In this document: positions 47,862-50,992 of the stretch, piece by piece
Layout: every line of letters begins with the position of its first letter
Numbering within the stretch: the first letter of the stretch is position 1
Assembly (NCBI GenBank): GCA_040225955.1
Contig: JBECUL010000012.1
Location: 1-50,992 of the forward strand
Direction of reading: 5' to 3'
Source of the DNA: Candidatus Asgardarchaeum abyssi
GTDB taxonomy: Archaea > Asgardarchaeota > Asgardarchaeia > Asgardarchaeales > Asgardarchaeaceae
DNA: 50,992 nt
Position numbers and translations under genes: made by a program
The notes under the pieces: model-generated
Databases searched by the model: none
Seen by the model: the letters and a program-made list of their open reading frames with translations, nothing else
Told to the model about the DNA's origin: nothing

Positions 47862-49349
47862 TTACATTGTTAGAAATATGGGTTCCAGTGCCGGATAAAG
47901 TTTTTTAAATGTTTTATAGCTTTTATCGTATGTTTGTTTATTATTTGTGCTAGGAATTATTTCTTCTTTTATCTTAACCATGTTTTCTGCAGCTGCAGGC
48001 AAATCCTTATACACATTTAAAGTTACAGAGGCTATTATTGCTCCTCCGATCAACTCTGCTGTAATTATCATTGGGACTTGTAATGTTGTGTCTAAAACAT
48101 CAGAGATTATATGAAGCCATAACGTGTTCTTCGTCATACCTCCACCAAATTTTATTATTTTAGGTTTATCAATGCCCATTTCCTCAAAAATTTCAGTATA
48201 TAACCTAAACATGAATGCAATTCCTTCAAGAACCGCTCTTGAAAAGTGTTTCCTGTTATGCGAGAGAGTAATCCCTATAAAAGCTCCTTTTGGCACATCA
48301 CTCCAATAAGGTGATCTCTCTCCGGAAAGGTGTGGAAGAAATAATAAGTTATTCGATCCAGCTGATACTTCATGAGCTTCTTTAATAGCCGCGTTATATC
48401 TTTCTTCCTCACTACCTAGGAAAAAATTATTAACGAACCACTCGAAGGCTCCTCCTGCAGTAGACATAATAGCTTCTACTTCCCAAAGTTTATGGTTTAT
48501 TCCATTTGGCTTGCTGAGAACTCTATTTTTGGGATCTTTTACCCTTCTTTCAACTAAAATACTGTAAGATGCTGAAGTTCCTCCGATTATCCCTGCATCA
48601 CCTGGCTTTACTAACCCAAGACCTATCTTTCCAACATCTGTATCGTAAGGTCCTCCAGCAATTATTGGAATATTTTTAGGCAAATTTAGTTCTCTTGCAA
48701 CTTCTGGCAATATATAACCTACAATCTCACCAGAAACAAAAAGCTCAGGCATTATATCACTTGGGATACCTAAAATACTTAACTTTTCAGAGTCCCATTC
48801 TCTTTTTTCAAGGATATATAGTAAATCCTCAAAGTGGAAATCAACAGCAAATCTTCCTGTTAGCTTATAATACACATATCCCTTGCAACTTAGTGCTTTA
48901 TAAATTTTAGAAAATGTCTTGGGCTCATTGTTTCTCAACCACAACAACTTAGGAAGGTTGAAAGTCGGAGGGAAAAACACCCCAAGAGCTTTTTTAATAT
49001 AATTACTCTCCTTGTGAGAACGATTATCCATCCAAATCATAGCATTTCTAAGGATTTTACCATTCTTATTAACTACTACAAGTGTTTGGTCTTGGCCAGT
49101 TACAGTTATGGAAACTATATTATCTCTCTTTTCCTTTATCTGTTTTAAGCAGTCCCTTACTGTTTCCTTTACAGCTACCCAATATAATGTAGGATCTTGT
49201 TCAATCCAACCCGGACGTGGTGAGAAAATAGGATACTTAAAAAAGGAGTTGGTGATTAACTCACCCTTTTCATTAATGACTCCACATTTACATCCCCTGG
49301 TTCCTAAATCTAGTGTCAAGAAGAGATAGGTCATAGAAATCCCACTCAA
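47862..49349 (-). CDS. FGGY-family carbohydrate kinase (xylulokinase-like)
   Basis: LDLGT, GWIEQDP, WMDNR, PKLLWL, LPHLSGERSP, RAVLEGIA, GGG. Confidence 0.93.
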   Translation of the reverse strand: MSGISMTYLFLTLDLGTRGCKCGVINEKGELITNSFFKYPIFSPRPGWIEQDPTLYWVAVKETVRDCLKQIKEKRDNIVSITVTGQDQTLVVVNKNGKILRNAMIWMDNRSHKESNYIKKALGVFFPPTFNLPKLLWLRNNEPKTFSKIYKALSCKGYVYYKLTGRFAVDFHFEDLLYILEKREWDSEKLSILGIPSDIMPELFVSGEIVGYILPEVARELNLPKNIPIIAGGPYDTDVGKIGLGLVKPGDAGIIGGTSASYSILVERRVKDPKNRVLSKPNGINHKLWEVEAIMSTAGGAFEWFVNNFFLGSEEERYNAAIKEAHEVSAGSNNLLFLPHLSGERSPYWSDVPKGAFIGITLSHNRKHFSRAVLEGIAFMFRLYTEIFEEMGIDKPKIIKFGGGMTKNTLWLHIISDVLDTTLQVPMIITAELIGGAIIASVTLNVYKDLPAAAENMVKIKEEIIPSTNNKQTYDKSYKTFKKLYPALEPIFLTM

Positions 49350-49428
49350 GAAAGCACTAAATTTTCAAAACCTTTTGTTTTTCAGCCAGTTCTATTACTT
49401 GTCGTATGTTTTCTACCTATCATTCCTC

Positions 49429-50229
49429 TCATCTAAACATCTCTTTCATTACTTCTTCTGTTGTGTAATTGTCATGAATAATTTTATATAATGCTTTTGC
49501 CATGATTCTTGCATCTCTTTTATGCCAGACATTGCGGCCAAATATAACACCTACTGCACCTGCATCTAATGCATCCTCCACCATTTGGAAAATTTCTCTT
49601 AGAGATTCCTTTCTTGGGCCACCAAGAATTGCGATTGGTATTTCTACGGCATCTATTACTTCTTTGAAACTTTCTTTATCTCCCGTATAATATGTCTTTA
49701 TTAAATCAGCACCAATTTCGTATGCGACTCTGGCACAATTCTTAACAAATTTTGTACTCCATGGTGGTAAATCGCTTTTCCCTACGAATTTCATTTCAGC
49801 AACTAATGGCATCCCCCAGTTTTCACAAGCTTCAGCAATGACTGCTAAATTAGAAATACTTTCAAACGCAAAGTTATGCCCTAAAAATCCATTAATAGCA
49901 ACGGCATGGGCACCTAACTTAACAGCCCTTTCAACAGAACTTGAAAGTAGGTTGATCATATCTTCATTTTTTGTATTTGGTAAGTAAGCTATATCAATTC
50001 TCATAATTATTCCTAATCTAGCTCTGGCTAGGATTTTAAATGCGTGTCTCAATATACCAGCATTTATAAGAACGGCATCACTAAACTCCGAAACATCATT
50101 TATTGTTTTTTTAGTGTTTTCGATCCCTTCTAATACACCATCTGATAAACCATGATCCATTGCTATTGTAACTGTTCTATCATCAATAGGATTTATAATC
50201 CTACTTAGTCGTATTTCCTTTCCAGTCAT
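49429..50229 (-). CDS. DhnA-type class I aldolase (FBP aldolase/ADH synthase/LsrF family)
   Basis: IAMDHG, GADLIKTYYTG (Schiff-base Lys), LGGP, GRNVW. The likely ATG is at 50229 after GGAGG. Confidence 0.9.
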   Translation of the reverse strand: MTGKEIRLSRIINPIDDRTVTIAMDHGLSDGVLEGIENTKKTINDVSEFSDAVLINAGILRHAFKILARARLGIIMRIDIAYLPNTKNEDMINLLSSSVERAVKLGAHAVAINGFLGHNFAFESISNLAVIAEACENWGMPLVAEMKFVGKSDLPPWSTKFVKNCARVAYEIGADLIKTYYTGDKESFKEVIDAVEIPIAILGGPRKESLREIFQMVEDALDAGAVGVIFGRNVWHKRDARIMAKALYKIIHDNYTTEEVMKEMFR

Positions 50230-50384
50230 ATAAAACCTCCTAATTAGGCTATTGCACACTACAGCATTTTATATTTTTTTTATAATTGTTGTAGTAGAAT
50301 TTTTGTTAGCTGTCTTATTATATAATTTAACATATTAGAAATATCAAGAATTCTTAGTAAAAATAAGATAAAAAAAGATATGTG

Positions 50385-50911
50385 CTATAGAGGAATTATT
50401 GCCAATGGGAGTGCAGGTAGGTTCTGAAAGATTGTAAGTGCTGCAGAAATTATTAGATATGCATAGCCGATCTTCTTTTTATCACTTTCCTTGAGAAGAA
50501 ACATAGGCATGTTTTCAAGTTTTACATAAATGTCGTAGTAGTCAGATAAATTTACAATATAGCTTAGGTCCTCCTCTGAAAATTCCATACTTAGCTTTTC
50601 AGGAGTTCTATAGACTAATTCTGTTATTTTTTTGTAAATTATTTTCTTTGCATTTGCTAGGATTTGTTGAACCAATAAATAAAAATCAGAAATTAGGTGC
50701 TAAGACTACGAATATTGTGAGTAGAAAATAAACGGCTATCACGCCAATGATTATATAAAATGATAAGTATCTAAGGCTGACAAAGTTTGGTATGAGTAAC
50801 ATTGTTGTTAGTACAGCAATTCCTGCTCTTACTGATACGCCACCAAATGAGTAAAGGTAATCTGGGACTATTCCAACAGAGATGTATATTTTAGTAAGCT
50901 CGATTTGAGTT
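50385..50911 (-). pseudogene. Probably disrupted membrane-protein gene
   Basis: A start-less hydrophobic frame (TQIELTKIYISVG...LLTIFVVLAPNF*) runs from ~50910 to ~50686. The 96-aa ORF 50385-50675 follows in another frame. The 5' end abuts the putative IS end. Confidence 0.5.
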
Positions 50912-50992
50912 CGGCGGAAGAGTTAAGATTGGTCTCGACAGCAACCTCATGAGCCTTGACATTTTCCATCCCGAAAAAGGATGGATTAAGGT
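50907..50992 (+). mobile_element. Probable left end of an ISH3-like insertion sequence (truncated by window end)
   Basis: GAGTT-CGGCGGAAGAGTT resembles ISH3-family left ends as recalled (GAGTT-CAGTAGAAGAGT). There is a compositional shift and a hairpin TCCATCC-cgaaaaa-GGATGGA (50965-50985), and it cuts a reading frame. Confidence 0.45.

Noticed and set aside
5858-49690. Numerous short opposite-strand or alternate-frame ORFs inside recognised genes (e.g. 8633-8953, 9203-9547, 17754-18161, 29957-30331, 43991-44257)
   Set aside because: Shadow ORFs with Ser/Ile/Pro-rich antisense composition, fully overlapping confidently assigned genes.

Overview
AT-rich archaeal chromosomal segment, most likely from an Asgard-type archaeon. 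The basis is two Rab-like small GTPases, a longin-domain protein, a DPM2-like membrane protein, F420 genes and archaeal GGTG/GAGG Shine-Dalgarno motifs. Housekeeping and metabolic content includes an XPD/Rad3 helicase with a C-terminal WYL-like domain, hypE-D-C-F, nurA-herA, a split MgtE pair with a PhoU/TrkA-C protein, a Ca2+ P-type ATPase, tmk, dCMP deaminase, cofE, npdG, MDH, nucleoside and sugar salvage genes and a HEPN-MNT pair. The main candidate new system is a Pel-like exopolysaccharide locus (PelG-like exporter plus two PelF-like GT4s). Its pelG appears co-transcribed with a Rab-like GTPase and a TackOD1 zinc-ribbon protein, and no c-di-GMP receptor PelD is seen. Other signals: a 13-aa micro-ORF with its own TATA box and SD divergent from a large double-HTH regulator; a 254-bp perfect inverted duplication inside an unknown gene family, flanking about 8.5 kb; and a strongly structured ~165-nt element at the window start. 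Both window ends look like termini of an ISH3-like insertion sequence. No CRISPR array, rRNA or tRNA was recognised. All family assignments come from reading motifs by eye, not from database searches.
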